Assembly (NCBI GenBank): GCA_964016885.1
Contig: OZ024740.1
Span: 112,902,001 to 112,966,000, forward strand
Direction of reading: 5' to 3'
Source of the DNA: Eledone cirrhosa
Taxonomy: Eukaryota
Length of the DNA: 64,000 nucleotides
Part shown: in pieces, positions 1-17,735 of the stretch
Layout of the letters: the number at the start of each line of letters is the position of its first letter
How positions within the stretch are numbered: position 1 is the stretch's first letter
Translations under genes and position numbers: made by a program
The notes under the pieces: model-generated
Database searches by the model: none
What the model was told of the DNA's origin: nothing
The model's input: the letters and a program-made list of their open reading frames with translations, nothing else

Positions 1-644
1 GGCTGTCATAGCAACGCAAGTAACCTTGTAGCGACTCTCTGACTGGTATATACAACAGTAGTTGTCTATTATGAATGTCTGAAGAGCTATAAAGGTCATG
101 TCATTAACGAGAGTGATTTACTGCTGTAATCAGTAAATTAATTACCACTAATGAGGCTTGAAACATGTTAGTTTGACCGAGATCAGACATTAGTAATAAG
201 ATGAAAAATTTAATAACTATACTGTGAAGCAGCATTTTAAAATGATACCAGGACTCGTGGGTTTCTGTGTTATATAATTAAAAAAAGGTTAGATACACTG
301 TTTAGATATTCTTTTATACTGGATACAGTTATTTGGGAGAGGCCAAGCTAGAGCATTGCTCCTAAGTATTTATAGTAGATTATTTCAAGAGCCCATCCTT
401 CTTTAGGTTTGACAACATGACAAAAGCCGATTTCTTCGATAAAAATTCTTGATTATTTTCAGAAATATTTGAGAAACCAAGGCAGTGTTTTTCATTGAAA
501 GAATAGTAAACCTTTTATATTAATTTATGTAAGAACCTTTTCTTTAGTCATTTTCTATACACTAACCCAGTAACGAGAAAGTTAGTTACGAAATGTGTAC
601 AAATTCTTGATAATTTTTATAATTATTTAAAATAATAGCTGCTG

Positions 645-780
645 GTACAGCTGTGTGGCTTCACAACCTCGTGGTTCTAGGTTCAGACCCCCTGTGCGGC
701 GCTTTGAGCAACAGCTTTACAGCTACAGCTACAGGTTTGGGAGTAGAATTTGGTAGATGGAAACGGCAAAAATGCGTGAA
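645..780 (+). mobile_element. Degenerate tRNA/CORE-type SINE fragment
   Basis: B-box-like GGTTCAGACCC, then ...TTTGAGCAA... and GAATTTGGTAGATGGAAAC, resembling cephalopod SINE bodies (from memory). Confidence 0.45.
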
Positions 781-1550
781 TGTCTTTGGGTGAGATCAAT
801 AAGAGAAATAGGAAATCAACTTGGTGCCCTAATATGGCCAGAATCTAATGGCGTCAACATATTACAACAGCAAAATATTACAGAGCATATTTCATTTGCA
901 GTATGGTAACGTTAGGGTTAACAGCTCTGGCTAAGAGCCGCCATCACTGAAGTGTAAAAAAACGGATAGCCAGACAAACACCCAATTCTAGTTAAAATAA
1001 TAATTCTGTATGTAACACAACTGCCGATGAAGTTGCTTTTTATGTCTGAAACCCATGTCAAGATAAAACTTAATGATACGAAATGAAAGATAAAAACAAA
1101 CATAAAAAACAAACATAAAAACAAAAAAAAAAAAAAACAAACATAAAAAACAAATAAAATACATAATCTCAGATAAAATATATAAAAATCGGGTGGGATG
1201 GGGGCTCGTTTAGTTATAAAACAAAAGAATATTGTTGATCTGGTTCCACCAGTCTTTTTTAAGAGAAATTGTGGAAATAAATATACCTGACTGAATCAGA
1301 TCGCTAACAGGGAAGAAAAACAAGAGGAAAAGCAAACAAAACCACCTAACAACAAAAAATAAAACAACAGGAAAAACAAATGCTTTTATAGCATTGAAAA
1401 CTTCGGGTAAACAGGAAAATGGAAGCGGAGAACTATGTATAAGAAAGCAATGATGTTAATGTTGTTGGACGTTCAGCTGTCTTGCAAACAATAATTCATA
1501 TTTTAGACTATAAATTAGAATTATAAATTAATACATTATATATAAGTTTA

Positions 1551-1619
<69 letters not shown>

Positions 1620-1627
1620 TATATAAA

Positions 1628-1768
1628 TATAGGAACAAGTATGACCCCGACGGCAGAGCTCAAGTCGTTTCGACGGCTATTTCAGTTCCTATTAACCACT
1701 CTACTACACTAAGTATTGAGTACTTTGGTGCGTTATGGTCCATCTGGTTCCTTACCACAATTCCTTCG

Positions 1769-1770
<2 letters not shown>
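1628..1770 (+). mobile_element. Short PLE-type terminal element, family B (right palindrome arm missing)
   Basis: Homologous to 34752-34945, 36603-36795 and 49401-49615; flanked by (TA)n on both sides. Confidence 0.7.
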
Positions 1771-1843
<73 letters not shown>

Positions 1844-1970
1844 CATATATATATGCAGAGGTTATATTTAATTTGTTGGCATTCAACAAGCTTAACAATC
1901 CAGGAAGCTCCAACCGTTAAGGTTGTCTTTTTTTCTGGGTATGTCAATATTTATTTATAAAATAAATCTG

Positions 1971-2036
1971 TATTTTATCTGATGAAAGCGCACCATAATT
2001 TGCCTTGGTTGCCCCTGAAATATGTATAATAAAATA
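1971..2036 (+). ncRNA. Minimal type I hammerhead ribozyme motif
   Basis: Stem I TATTTTAT/ATAAAATA; CTGATGA 1979-1985; imperfect stem II; GAAA 2017-2020; TATGTA; TA. Confidence 0.6.
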
Positions 2037-2751
2037 AATATGGTTTTATAAATATAGTTTCCATTTATTAATATATTGTATATATATATAAAAGGAATTC
2101 CAACTTTGTCTGATTTATTCGTTTTATTTACAATCCTTTAAAATGTATAATGGTATTAGAATGAAATAGTATGGTAGAATATTAAATGTTAAGTGTTAAT
2201 TGAACAAGTACTTTCATGCTTTCGCAATCTACAGGTTCATATTCTGTGTTGACAGTCAAGTTTGCAATTTTCAACTGTAAATTCTGTGCCTTATATACAG
2301 TGAAAAGCGGCTACAGGATGTTAAATTTTGCAAACTGTATTTCGACCAATCGGTGTGTAGTTTCGCTAGATTACTAAAGCTGATTGGTTTAGGCGTCAGG
2401 GTTGATTGAGCATGTCTAACGACTTCTATTTGACCCTTTCCAAAGCATCAATTGTTGCTATTTTTAGAAATGATGAAAATAGCATCTTCTAGTAATCATC
2501 ACCATCAACATCACTTTTATTATTATTGTTGTTGTTGTTGTTAGTGGTCGTAGTCGACATGGTCGCAGTCAGAGTCATAGTAGGAGTAATATCCCATTAT
2601 TATTGTTCATTTAGCTTGGGTTGGAATTTATCAATAAAATTCTTTTCTTTGATTTTTCTCTTGATTTCACTTGAGCTGTGTAATTTGTAGAATGGAAATA
2701 TGAATATTCTCTGACCACATGTTGCTAGATGGTTACTCAAGTGTATCTGAC

Positions 2752-2846
<95 letters not shown>

Positions 2847-2859
2847 TATATATATATGC

Positions 2860-2890
<31 letters not shown>

Positions 2891-2894
2891 CATA

Positions 2895-3275
2895 TGTGTC
2901 TGATGGTAGCTAAGATGCTTCCATAGGCGGTATGCCGGTTGAGCACTCTATGTTCTTACAGAGCAGAGTATGATAGAATATAAAACGAAAAATCAGTGAT
3001 GCATCTGAACTCAATTTATTGTGTGTTACAATTGTTTCCCCGGCGGACAGCTTGAGACGCGATCATCGTGTGGATCTGTCTGATTCTGGACCCGCAGGTT
3101 CGACGGACACTGAGAGAATATGCTCCGAAATCATTAGACGTGTCCGTCGAACCTGCGGGTCCAGAATCAGACAGATCCACACGATGATCGCGTCTCGATC
3201 TGTCCGCCGGGGAAACAATTGTAACACACAGTAAATTGAGTTCAGATGCATCACTGATTTTTCGTTTTCTATTTT
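2895..3275 (-). mobile_element. Fold-back (palindromic) non-autonomous element in (TA)n
   Basis: Arms of ~138 bp (2972-3110 / 3141-3275) are near-perfect reverse complements; unpaired tail 2895-2971. Confidence 0.75.
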
Positions 3276-3375
3276 ATATATATACATATATATATATATA
3301 TGGTGCACATACACACATACACATGCACGCACACACATATATAAATATATATATATATACATATATATATATGCC

Positions 3376-3452
<77 letters not shown>

Positions 3453-3519
3453 ATATATATATATATATATATATTAATAATAATAAATTTCAAGACTAAA
3501 ATCCAAATCTGTTATTTTA

Positions 3520-3618
<99 letters not shown>

Positions 3619-3640
3619 CAATATATATATGATATATATA

Positions 3641-5350
<1,710 letters not shown>

Positions 5351-5390
5351 TTTATATATATATATATATATATATTCAATCAAAAATATA

Positions 5391-5457
<67 letters not shown>

Positions 5458-5464
5458 TATATAT

Positions 5465-5762
5465 TTCCTCCGGTTAGACCTGTGCGAAATTCCTTCCTTG
5501 CTCACATTTCAACCAGGTTTGATGGTCTTTATTCTCTCGTTCACGATTTCACCGAATTTAAATTCATAGAAATCTGGGACTTGTCTCTTTCTTCCTCACT
5601 TTCTGTTGCTTCACCATTTTGTTTGTTTACCCTCGCGTCCCCTTTATTTACGTGTCCCAACGACTTTTTTTAGCCGTTGCTCGCACCAACCGGAGGTATA
5701 TGGTCTTTAAAGCGATGAAATGCCTATGATGGTTGGAAGATCACTGATGAAGGACAAACTTT

Positions 5763-5770
<8 letters not shown>
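5465..5770 (+). mobile_element. Non-autonomous repeat family C fragment in (TA)n
   Basis: Closely matches 38340-38645 and 38960-39263. Confidence 0.75.
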
Positions 5771-5827
<57 letters not shown>

Positions 5828-5874
5828 TATATACATATATAATATATATAGATATACATGCCGATTGCTATTTG

Positions 5875-6570
5875 TCAGAAGCGTGCTCTCACTTTAGTGA
5901 ACATTGCACGATCATGTGATCGCAAGTAAAATTTCAGAACTGCCTTTGTTTTGCAGGTACTTTCACAGATGTGACACTTGAACTGTTTGTCTACTGGCAA
6001 TACCAGCTGGAGTGTGTCTTCCTGGATTTTTCCATGTCTGGTCCGTCCACCAGCTGACTTGCACATTAAGCCATACTCGTGGGGTGTGTGGTGCTAAAAC
6101 CACCTCATAGGTGGTTCGATTTCTCCCTGGCACGTGTGATTTCGGATGGTTAACAATATCAGCTCTTGTTAGAGAAAATCGACCACATACATTGCACCTG
6201 AATTCCTGTTGAATTTTTGCGGGCACTATACTTGAATATCGTTTATGAAGTGATCGCATCAAAACAGCATGCTTCACTCGATTTTTCTCAAAAATATCAC
6301 ATCCATATTGGGTCATCTTACTCCAGTCCCCACCCACCCCCAGTTATTCATGTTAATCTTCAGAGCTTTAAGAATGTCATTTATCACATCCTTAAACCAC
6401 TTCTTTGAGTTATGCTGCGACCTTTATCCTCTGGTCAGCTCCCCATAAAATAACCGTTCAGGCGGCCTTCAATCTTCCATCCTGACCACATGACTAGCTC
6501 AGTGCATCTGATTCATAACAATCCTCTTAGAAATGCACGCCATCTACACGCAAAATCAACACCCATGATA
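5875..6570 (-). pseudogene. RTE-clade LINE 3' fragment with C-terminal C2H2 fingers
   Basis: Frameshifted pieces CNVCGRFSLTRADIVNHPKSH and CHICESTCKTKAVLKFYLRSH; homologous to the 15280-15984 translation. Confidence 0.7.
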
Positions 6571-6829
6571 GACGTGTACACTCTAGATTGCCCCCCCCCC
6601 CCCCCCCCTGAACGTCAGACTATTCTTCTCGCCTCAACCGTCTTAAGAAGATTTGTCTTCCATAGCCAATGTTCCAATGTTACACTCAGAACTCTCCATT
6701 TCCTGAAGAAGAACGTATATCCGACGCATCAAAACTTTCGTCTACTTCTTACAAAGCGTTAAATAAATAAGACTTTGCATCTCTATGTTGGTCTTACCTA
6801 TTCTTGAACTATACACAAAGCAGGCACAA

Positions 6830-6933
<104 letters not shown>

Positions 6934-7081
6934 CCAAAATATCGCCAAATTGTATCTCAACCTAACGGGAGATTATTAAATATAAAGGTTTACATATACA
7001 TAAACATAAAGTCAGATATATATGTTGCAACAGGTCACGTTGTAGCTTTATGAAGAATTAATAAATTAAATAATCAGAGCA

Positions 7082-7822
7082 ATATATCATAAATCATGCC
7101 CTTAGAATTATTAGATAAAATATATACCCTTTCCTCTCCCAATTAGCATAATTAACCATATAAGAAAATCAATTAGACCAAGCTATAAGAATAAAGGCTC
7201 TGATGAAGAGATTTCCGACAAATAATGAAAGCGGCTTCTTCGCGGTGGCCTCAATAGAGTATTTAACCAACAGTTCGACATTTATGTTTATGTATATGTA
7301 AACCTTTATATTTAATAATCTCCCGTTAGGTTGAGATACAATTGGGCGATATTTGGCTGCGCTTTCTAGCAACAAGCCTACCCGCCGTAAGCAACTAATC
7401 ACATTCTTTCTAACTTGACCACTGCCACGTCACGATTCTTAGCCATTTTTGAATCTATTTTTGGCGCGATCACTTTGGAAAACTAAATGTCTAATTTTGA
7501 GTTTGTCTCCTGATGAATCCGATACTCCAGGCATATCCTATTAATTGGATGTCTAAAAATACGGATGAAACCATGGTAGAGATATAATTACGGTATGTAC
7601 ACATTTCTTCTAAGTTTGAATTTACACCTAATTGTGTATGGTTGATGGTATATTTAGTCAGTTTCCACACGAAGAGGCCGCTTTCGGTTATTTGTCGGAA
7701 ATTTCTTCATAAGAGCCTTTATTCTTATAGCTTGGTCTAATTGATTTTTTATATGGTTAATTATGCTAATTGGGAGAGGAAATGGTATATATTTTATCTA
7801 ACAATTCTAAGGACATGATTTA

Positions 7823-7830
<8 letters not shown>
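7082..7830 (+). mobile_element. PLE-type terminal element with inverted arm
   Basis: 7082-7250 is the reverse complement of 7665-7830; HHR lies in the spacer; ends in (TA)n. Confidence 0.7.
7504..7584 (+). ncRNA. Type I hammerhead ribozyme
   Basis: TGTCTC/GAGATA stem I; CTGATGA 7510-7516; ATCCG/CGGAT stem II; GAAA 7567-7570; palindrome CCATGG; GTA site. Confidence 0.85.
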
Positions 7831-7881
<51 letters not shown>

Positions 7882-7924
7882 CTAGATATGATTTATGATA
7901 TATATATATATATATATATATATC

Positions 7925-8909
7925 ACCTAGAGAAAATCAAACTTGCTCCTGTAGAATCAAAAGTGAATGCCCATACAAGGTAAATGCAACACCAAAGCCA
8001 TTGTATATGCGGCTAAAGTGACAACCATCAACAACAACCATCCAGCCACCAGTGAACGATATGTGGGTATGACGCAAGTCTAATTCAAAACGCGTTATTA
8101 CTCACATGTCGCATCCTTTCGACATCCAGAAAAAACATTTACAACAGCTCTGGCTAGAGAATTTGGGATTTGAAAGACCAAGGCATCCAATATAAATTAG
8201 ATTGGTAAATTTTGAACCAATCTAAAGAATATGCTAGAGGAACAAGAAAATGCACGCTCTGCATAAATGAAAAATACTGGATATTGCAAAATCTAAAATC
8301 ACCAAAGACCTGCCTGAACACAAAGACGGAAATTTTCACCAGTTGCCCACACATGAAATCACACCTGCTTTCCAGCTCATATAAACTTAACACACTTTCA
8401 GATACTTACCCTCCATAAACCCTTATTATTCTCTTTATAATTACCTTTTCTGATTTACTTTCATTTTTATCCTTATTATTAATTTCATTTATTTTTATTT
8501 TTATTTTTATTTTTATTTTTATTTTTATTTTTATTTTTATTTTTATTTTTATTTTTATTTTTATTTTTATTTTTATTTTTATATATTATTATTTTTTTAT
8601 TTTTACTTCACATCCACCAATACCCCCCCCCCTTTATTCTCCGATTCACTTACCTAATATTTTCACTTTCCATTTTTTTACTTCCCTATTTCCTTCACTA
8701 ACTGATTATACATGTCATTTGTGTTTTCCACCCCAGATATATTTTATTTTTTTTATTTTTGCGCAGCCAATCTTACAATTTTATAATTTTATATTTGTAC
8801 TTACTTATCCACAAGTTTTTTACACCCTATATCAATGTTGCTGAACGCCTTAATGTGTGTATACCTTCTATATATGTACATGAGCGACTACGTATGTGCG
8901 GGCGCGTGC

Positions 8910-8980
<71 letters not shown>

Positions 8981-9862
8981 CGTATGTGTATGTGTCTTTA
9001 TATCCGTGTTTTTTACATCTAGGTTTTATGTTTTTGTTCCTTTTTTCTTCCCCCCTTTTTTTACTAACTCATTTTTATGCGTGTGCATGCAAACAGGTCA
9101 ATATGCGTGAGTGTAAGTATGTGTGTGTGTGTGTGTGTGTGTACGTCTCGAACGTATGGATGTGTAAGTGTGTGTGCATATATAAGCATGTATATTTTTG
9201 CGTTTCTTATGTGAGATATACGTGTGTCTGTATGTATGTACCTTTTTTGTCTTCTTTTCTTTAATTTTTTCTTTCTAAATTATTGTTCCATTTTTATAAA
9301 TATATCGAGATTGATACTTTCCTTTAATTATTACACTCCCTTACCTCTTTTACTTCCGCATCCAAGTGTACGTGTGTGTAGGTGTGTTTATGCGCGTGCC
9401 TTCATATTCTTACGATGTATCTATTCTGTCTGTAGATTACAGACATACAGATACATTTGCCCTAAATTATATATTTACGCACACTTTTTCACTATACGTA
9501 TACATATGTGCATACACATATATGCACATCTGTGGGTGTATATACATACATATACACACCTAACTATTTTTCATGAAAGATTATTATATATTTCATATTT
9601 TAATTCATTTGTCTATATCTTTTTTTTTTTTTTGTTTTTTTGCTTTTCTTGATGAGACTTTCCAAGTATTTACCCATGTTTTATATTGCCTCGTCTGACG
9701 AACGAATGAAGACGTTTCTTTCGTATTCGCCTCATTCGGGAAACCTCTGGTAATGAGGTAATTATATTGTATTGATTTTTATACATTAAATTTTGCTCTG
9801 ATACTTACATAGAGCACTCTTCACATCTATGACCTTTTCTGTTTTCAACGGAAATTTCAATA

Positions 9863-9865
<3 letters not shown>
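7925..9865 (+). mobile_element. 5'-truncated Penelope-like element: GIY-YIG remnant, long 3' UTR and HHR
   Basis: Decayed CSCRIKSECP...AIVY...YVGMT..FKTRYYSHVASF...CTLCINEKYWIL (7940-8418); HHR near the 3' end; (TA)n flanks. Confidence 0.75.
9686..9761 (+). ncRNA. Type I hammerhead ribozyme
   Basis: TTGCCTCGT/ATGAGGTAA stem I; CTGACGA 9695-9701; CGAATGA/TCATTCG stem II; GAAA 9740-9743; CC-TCT-GG; GTA. Confidence 0.8.
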
Positions 9866-9951
<86 letters not shown>

Positions 9952-10206
9952 TTACATATACACATACATACACGCACGCGCACACACGCATACACACACA
10001 CACATATATATATGTGTGTGTGTGTGTTTGCGTGAGTGTACGTGTAATGTAAATATTTCGGCTAAAAACAGAGATAGATATTCACGAAGAAGCAATAATA
10101 TATTTATACAGAGAAATATAGATTGCTGCAGATAGCAAGACAGGAATATTTAGGTGAACAGATATATCATACAGCAAATAAATAATTCGATATACACGTA
10201 TACACA

Positions 10207-10315
<109 letters not shown>

Positions 10316-10544
10316 GTACATACATACATACATACAGACATATATACACATATGTATATATATATATACATATGTATATATACACATGTACATGCATATA
10401 TATATTCACATATATAAACATGGAAATATGGAAATACATATATGTATAATCACATCCATAATGCATAAATATGCACGCACATGCCCACAGACACAGACAC
10501 ACATATCCCCACACGCACATACTTACAAACACATATATACATAT

Positions 10545-10617
<73 letters not shown>

Positions 10618-10646
10618 CATATATATATAAATATACATATCCCTAC

Positions 10647-10677
<31 letters not shown>

Positions 10678-10720
10678 CATATATATATATACACACACAT
10701 ATATATATATATGTATATAT

Positions 10721-10753
<33 letters not shown>

Positions 10754-12131
10754 CACTCTCACTCATATATATATATATATTTATGCATTGAAAAAGTGGA
10801 GGAACAAGCAGAGAAATAAAAATAATGATCATATTTATATAAATGCATTACATATATCAACAATAAAGAATAAAAACCTTTCTAGAATGAAAATAAGAAT
10901 GGTGTCGATGAAACCATGAATCCTGGGTAGCGTTTCTAAGAAACGACATTTATTTCGTTTTCTTTGCAACGATGTAACAAGAGATACGGTGTGAGAATAG
11001 GATTTCTTTAGAATTAGCAATCTCAGAATATATAGCAAAAGAAGAGGTATACTTTTTTTTATATATACCTGCCTGTCTAACTGATGAAATTTTAGATAGG
11101 TTTTTTACGTAATATAGAAAAAAAGAAAGTAAACAGTCTGTTATCAGATTAGCATCAAGTTGTGCAATATACATAAGGATAAATGGAGTAAAATGCATGC
11201 AATACACGTAATAATATAAGGCCACATACTTGAAATACACCAATACACGTGATGTTTACCAGACCACATGCAAGGAATATACGCAATGCAATAAGACGAC
11301 ATGCAAGGAATATGTGTAATGTTATAAGGATACATGGATATCCATATGCAAACATAGCATAAAAAGAACATATAATACAACAAATCTATTAGCATATAAA
11401 TACACATACACACATATATATATACATACATATATATTTATATACATATATATTATATACATATATATGTATATATATATGTGTGTGTATATATATGTAT
11501 ACACACATATATATATATACATATATATGTATATAATATATATATATGTATATATATATGTTATATACATATATATGTATATATATGTGTATGTATATAT
11601 ATACATATATATATATACACATGTGTGTGTGTATATATATACACACACATATACACACACACACATATATATATATACACACACATACACACATATATAT
11701 ATATACATATATTATTTCTTATACGTATATATATTTATTATTTCGTATAAATATACCTACACATAGATATGTATATAAATATACATACACAGATATGCAT
11801 ATATATAATCAACTGATTGAGTGATTGGCTAATAACTGGAGCCACTCTGGAGTATTGCATCATCATGAACATTTGGAAATGGTTAATACAGCGATGAAAT
11901 CCAAAGTAATGGCAAATGGCTCAGCCAATTTATTGACCTAATTTCTACATTTATGTTTACCTATTATATTGAAGCTGTAATACATATTGTGTAAAAAGTC
12001 TGCCAAGCTGGTAGAATGCGAGAAAGAGAGATAGAATAAAAGGGGAGAAAAAGGAGAGAGAGAATGAGGCAGCTAGTTTGTATTATTTCGGTAAACATAA
12101 CACGTTTCGATCTTATTATGACTTCATCAGA

Positions 12132-12322
12132 GGGCGGTGGATTGGCAGTATCGGTAGAGGGTCGGACCCCATGCTTTACAGCAGAGTTACGCCCCTTTAC
12201 GGACTGAGTTAAAATCCCGCTGAGGTTAACTTTGCCTTTCATCCTTACGGTGTCGATAAAATAAAGTACCAGTAATACACTGGGATAATTGCTGGCCTTG
12301 TGCCAAAAGTAGAAACAATTAT
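12132..12322 (+). mobile_element. Full-length tRNA-type SINE with 16-bp TSD
   Basis: A/B-box-like head (TGGCAGTATCGG; GAGTTAAAATCCC), core GCCTTTCATCCTTACGG..TCGATAAAATAAAGTACCAG; ATTATGACTTCATCAG duplicated at 12115-12130 and 12318-12333. Confidence 0.85.
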
Positions 12323-12779
12323 GACTTCATCAGTGAAACAAATATTCACCCCTACTTGTCGGCGTAATGATCGCTGTATCACCAATACATGTACTGTATT
12401 ATACCCTGGTTTGGTACTGATTTTATTTCACCTGCGCAAAAGGGAATATTTCCAGATTGAAATAAAGTCACATTTGTATCGCTACCCCTTAATGTACTTG
12501 CTTATATTCCAGTTTGGATCTTATTAAAATATGGGTTTGAATAAAGGTTTTGAAATGGCAGAATCGTTAGGTTGTCTGAAAAATATACTTTGTAATATTT
12601 ATTCCAGCTCTCTCTCTCTCTCTCTGCTATGATGTTCCATGTCACCTAATATAACTTTGCTTTTTAGAGCTTTCCTGGCCTTCCATATTTCTTCCCCTGA
12701 GAAGTCGCCAAGGGTTCTTCGGTAACTTTCAGAGCCAGTTTCTGGACGGCTTAGTACTTTCTTCAAGTGCACGACTCAT

Positions 12780-13255
12780 GATGAAAGACAAAAAAAAGCC
12801 TTTAGGCAACTGAACAAGATCTGGAGAAGCAGAAACATTCGCTTAGTACCAGGATAAGATTTTGCAACAGCAATGAGCGTTCAACGCTCCTGGATAGATG
12901 CGAAACCAATTAGATGACTTTGACACTAAATGCCTACGGAATATCGTTGGCATCAAAGACGTCTGTCAACAAACCCACCAAGAATGTGTGTCTAACATCA
13001 TGTGTAAGTGTCGCCGTGGTTGGTTGGGACACACCACACGATGCCCAAGTGAGAGACATGGTAATCAGGTCCTTACTGGTACGCCTGTGTAAAGAGGCGA
13101 AGAAGACGTACTAAGAAGAATTGGAGGCAGATAATCGACAGAGACCTGAAACCTGTCACCAAAACGTGGAACGATGTACTGGTAGATGCAACTGACCGTA
13201 GTCATCGGATCACTTTGGCTGCCTCATTCGTCTCAAGGCGCGCGACCTTCTAAGG
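12780..13255 (+). pseudogene. Degenerate RTE-like LINE RT C-terminal fragment
   Basis: AFRQLNKIWRSRNI, FDTKCLRNIVGI and RRGWLGH motifs across frameshifts. Confidence 0.6.
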
Positions 13256-13870
13256 TTACACATAAGTATGGTCAACTTTGTCTTACCTCTTTTCAGGTTC
13301 TATAAATAAGGTATAAATTCGGTGGTGAATTTGATGGAGCTGGTATTGCGTCGGACGGATGTTTTCTGGTATCTCTTCCGACCAGCTTTGGCGTTCTTAG
13401 CTCAAATCTCACCGCCTCTCACCGACAAAGCGGCGCCGATTCTGACAGGAATTGCGACTGACAGATATAATCAGAGACATCCGAAGCTAGTAATAAATAA
13501 ACCCAGGTGAGATGCAACATTTGTAGACACCAAATGTAGGCAAAATCTCAAATTGCTCATTAAGTAATTTAGTAATCAGTGCATAATGATGTGATCTGCA
13601 TTTAGGGTACGGGCACACATGTGTGTATGTAGTGTGAATAATGTATTTACAAGTAACACAAACCAGAATTTGTGGGGAGACGGGTACCTTAAAATAATAA
13701 AATGGTTTAGCTGCCACTTCTCTGTGCATAGAAAGGCCTGGGAAGAGGTTGTGTGAGCTAACCACAAATCACATGGGCGACGACAAAGAATCGTGACGTG
13801 TGGAGAGATGCCGTGCCGAGAAGGACCTCTCCAACACATGCAAGCTAGAAAAGCGAACGTAAAAATTATA

Positions 13871-13961
<91 letters not shown>

Positions 13962-14385
13962 TTCTGTATATGCCTCCCAAACCCGTTCAAAGGTTGAGAT
14001 TTAAAAATCTAAAAGAGTTAAATGGTAAAAGATAACAAAAAAGCAATAATAAAAAAAATCAGTCAGTCACACACAATTATATACATGTATATACACACTT
14101 GACCAATCCCACTCTCTGAGTATCGAAAATACTACCCGAAAAGGAGAACTTGTCAACATTATCGGATGCTTCCGAAGCCGCAGGTTTTTTTTCAGTTTCC
14201 TTCTCTTAGAAAGGTGTTGTGACAACATCTGGGGGCCTTTCGCTCCCAGGTAAAAAAAAAAGTACTATTTTGATGGCCGTTGATTCAGTTGAGTTCCTCC
14301 GCCCTTCGCTGGGTCTTGCATTTCATCCCACATACATACATACATACATACATACATACATACATACATACATAGATACATACAT

Positions 14386-14832
14386 AACAACTGCCACCAA
14401 ATTAAAGCACAACCGGCCTGATATTGTTGTTTGGGACCACACATTGAAAACGTGTTCTGTTGTGGAGATCAGCTGCCCACTTGATGTCAACGTTGTCAGA
14501 AAAATACAGGAGAAGGAGGACATATACGAACCATTGATGAGGAGTTTACAAATCCAGTATCCAAGATACACCTTTAGCTTCATACCCATCATTATTGGAG
14601 CTACGGGTTATATACCAACCCGCTTGGACCAAAGTATGACTGAACTTGGATTTGCGGACAAAAAGCGCAGCTCCCTAATTCATAGGCTACAAATGGCTGC
14701 GATAGCTGGCACCTTCAAAATTTGCAAAACATTCTTGCGATTCAAGGGATGACAATTTCCTTTCTTTTACAACCTTGTCACCAGGAAGGTGGCCGGTCAA
14801 AAAAAATATACTCGAAATTAAGAGAAAGAGAT
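14386..14832 (+). mobile_element. 5'-truncated R4/Dong-like non-LTR element (restriction-like endonuclease)
   Basis: HNRPDIVVWD...VVEISCPLD..V..KIQEKEDIY...PIIIGATGYIP is a PD-(D/E)xK RLE C-terminus; stop at 14752; (CATA)n on both sides. Confidence 0.8.
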
Positions 14833-15020
14833 ATACATACATACATACATAAATACATACATACATACATACATACATACATACATACATACATACATAC
14901 AAGCATACATACATACATACATGATGGCTGCCCCCTCGTTATCGAGTATGGCCATTGCACGAGAAGAAAAAAAAAAAAAATAATCATAATGATAAATAAA
15001 TAAAAAGAAAAAAAATATTA

Positions 15021-15051
<31 letters not shown>

Positions 15052-15061
15052 CATACACACG

Positions 15062-15097
<36 letters not shown>

Positions 15098-15109
15098 TAC
15101 ATTAATAAC

Positions 15110-15141
<32 letters not shown>

Positions 15142-15279
15142 CAATAATAATAACGACAACAACAATAATAATATACATATACATATATATATACACACAC
15201 ACGCACACACATAAGCATATCTACACACACACACACACACACGATAGCAACTAACAGCGCTGCGATCGAATGTGGCTTG

Positions 15280-16890
<1,611 letters not shown>

Positions 16891-17054
16891 ATACATACAA
16901 GCGTATATATATTTGCGCGCACCTGTGTGTTTGTGTTTATGTTTAGAAAGAGGGAAGACAGAATATTCTGCACAGTTAGAGATGAATTAAATAAATATGT
17001 TGTGTCCGCCGAAAGAGTGTGTACATGTATATTTGTATGTATGTATGTATGTAT

Positions 17055-17258
17055 GTTCTTCTGGTTTTATAATTTCACAAAGTTATACCAATAGAGAGAG
17101 AGAGTCGGTTTCTAACATAGACACAAGACTCTCTCATTGGAATTTACACAACATCAACTCGGTAGATATGTATGTATGCATGTGTAGATATGGATGTTAT
17201 TGTATGTGTGGATGTGTATGTTTTGAGTTGTATGTGTGCATGTGTATATGCTTTGTAT
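17055..17258 (-). mobile_element. 3' UTR copy of the R4/Dong-like element
   Basis: Reverse complement of ~16700-16880; ends in (CATA)n on the minus strand. Confidence 0.7.
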
Positions 17259-17299
17259 CTGTATGTATGTATGTATGTATGTATGTATGTATGTATGTA

Positions 17300-17735
17300 T
17301 CCAAAATCACCGGGAGAGATGACCCCTTAGCCTTTGTCAAGGCAGAATTCTAGGAGAAGGAAAACTCTGATATAACACCTGCAACCCTGATGGTATCCAA
17401 TGATGTTGACTTGTTCTTCTTTTTGGTAAATATCATCTTTGTTAAGAGAGTGGGACTGGCTTTGTGCAGTGCCTTTGCTCACTATAAAAGCTTCACGGCA
17501 CAGGCATTGCTTTATATCTGGAGATCTCTCTGCACTTGTCGTCACATGGTACCATGGGCCCAGCACTATGTGTCAATAATTGTCGCAAGTGTAGTGTTTG
17601 TACCTGAGTTTTCAAGTCGCTGGCTGGACTAAAATGTCACACTCGTTCAGCGCATCGGTAGGGGTTCTCCTTCATGGATATAAAGTAGTGGCCGTACTCG
17701 AAAACGAGTTGGCAGCCACCATGTATGTATGTATG
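17300..17735 (+). mobile_element. Non-autonomous RTE-related element with terminal hairpin and (TATG)n tail
   Basis: 5' motif GCCTTTGTCAAGGCA..CTAGGAGAAGGAAAACTC; 3' GTGGCCGTACTCG-AAAA-CGAGTTGGCAGCCAC followed by (ATGT)n; relatives at 14095-14330, 14921-14965 and 63143-63510 (-). Confidence 0.55.

Noticed and set aside
7195-7260. CTGATGA...GAAA in the left inverted arm
   Set aside because: No stem II, and the mirrored arm lacks the core.
12132-12230. tRNA genes at SINE heads
   Set aside because: Only A/B-box remnants; no cloverleaf; continuous with the SINE body and TSD.
14921-14965. Possible HDV-like ribozyme in GATGGCTGCCCCCTCG...
   Set aside because: The nested double pseudoknot cannot be built; it is better explained as a minus-strand 3' terminal stem-loop.
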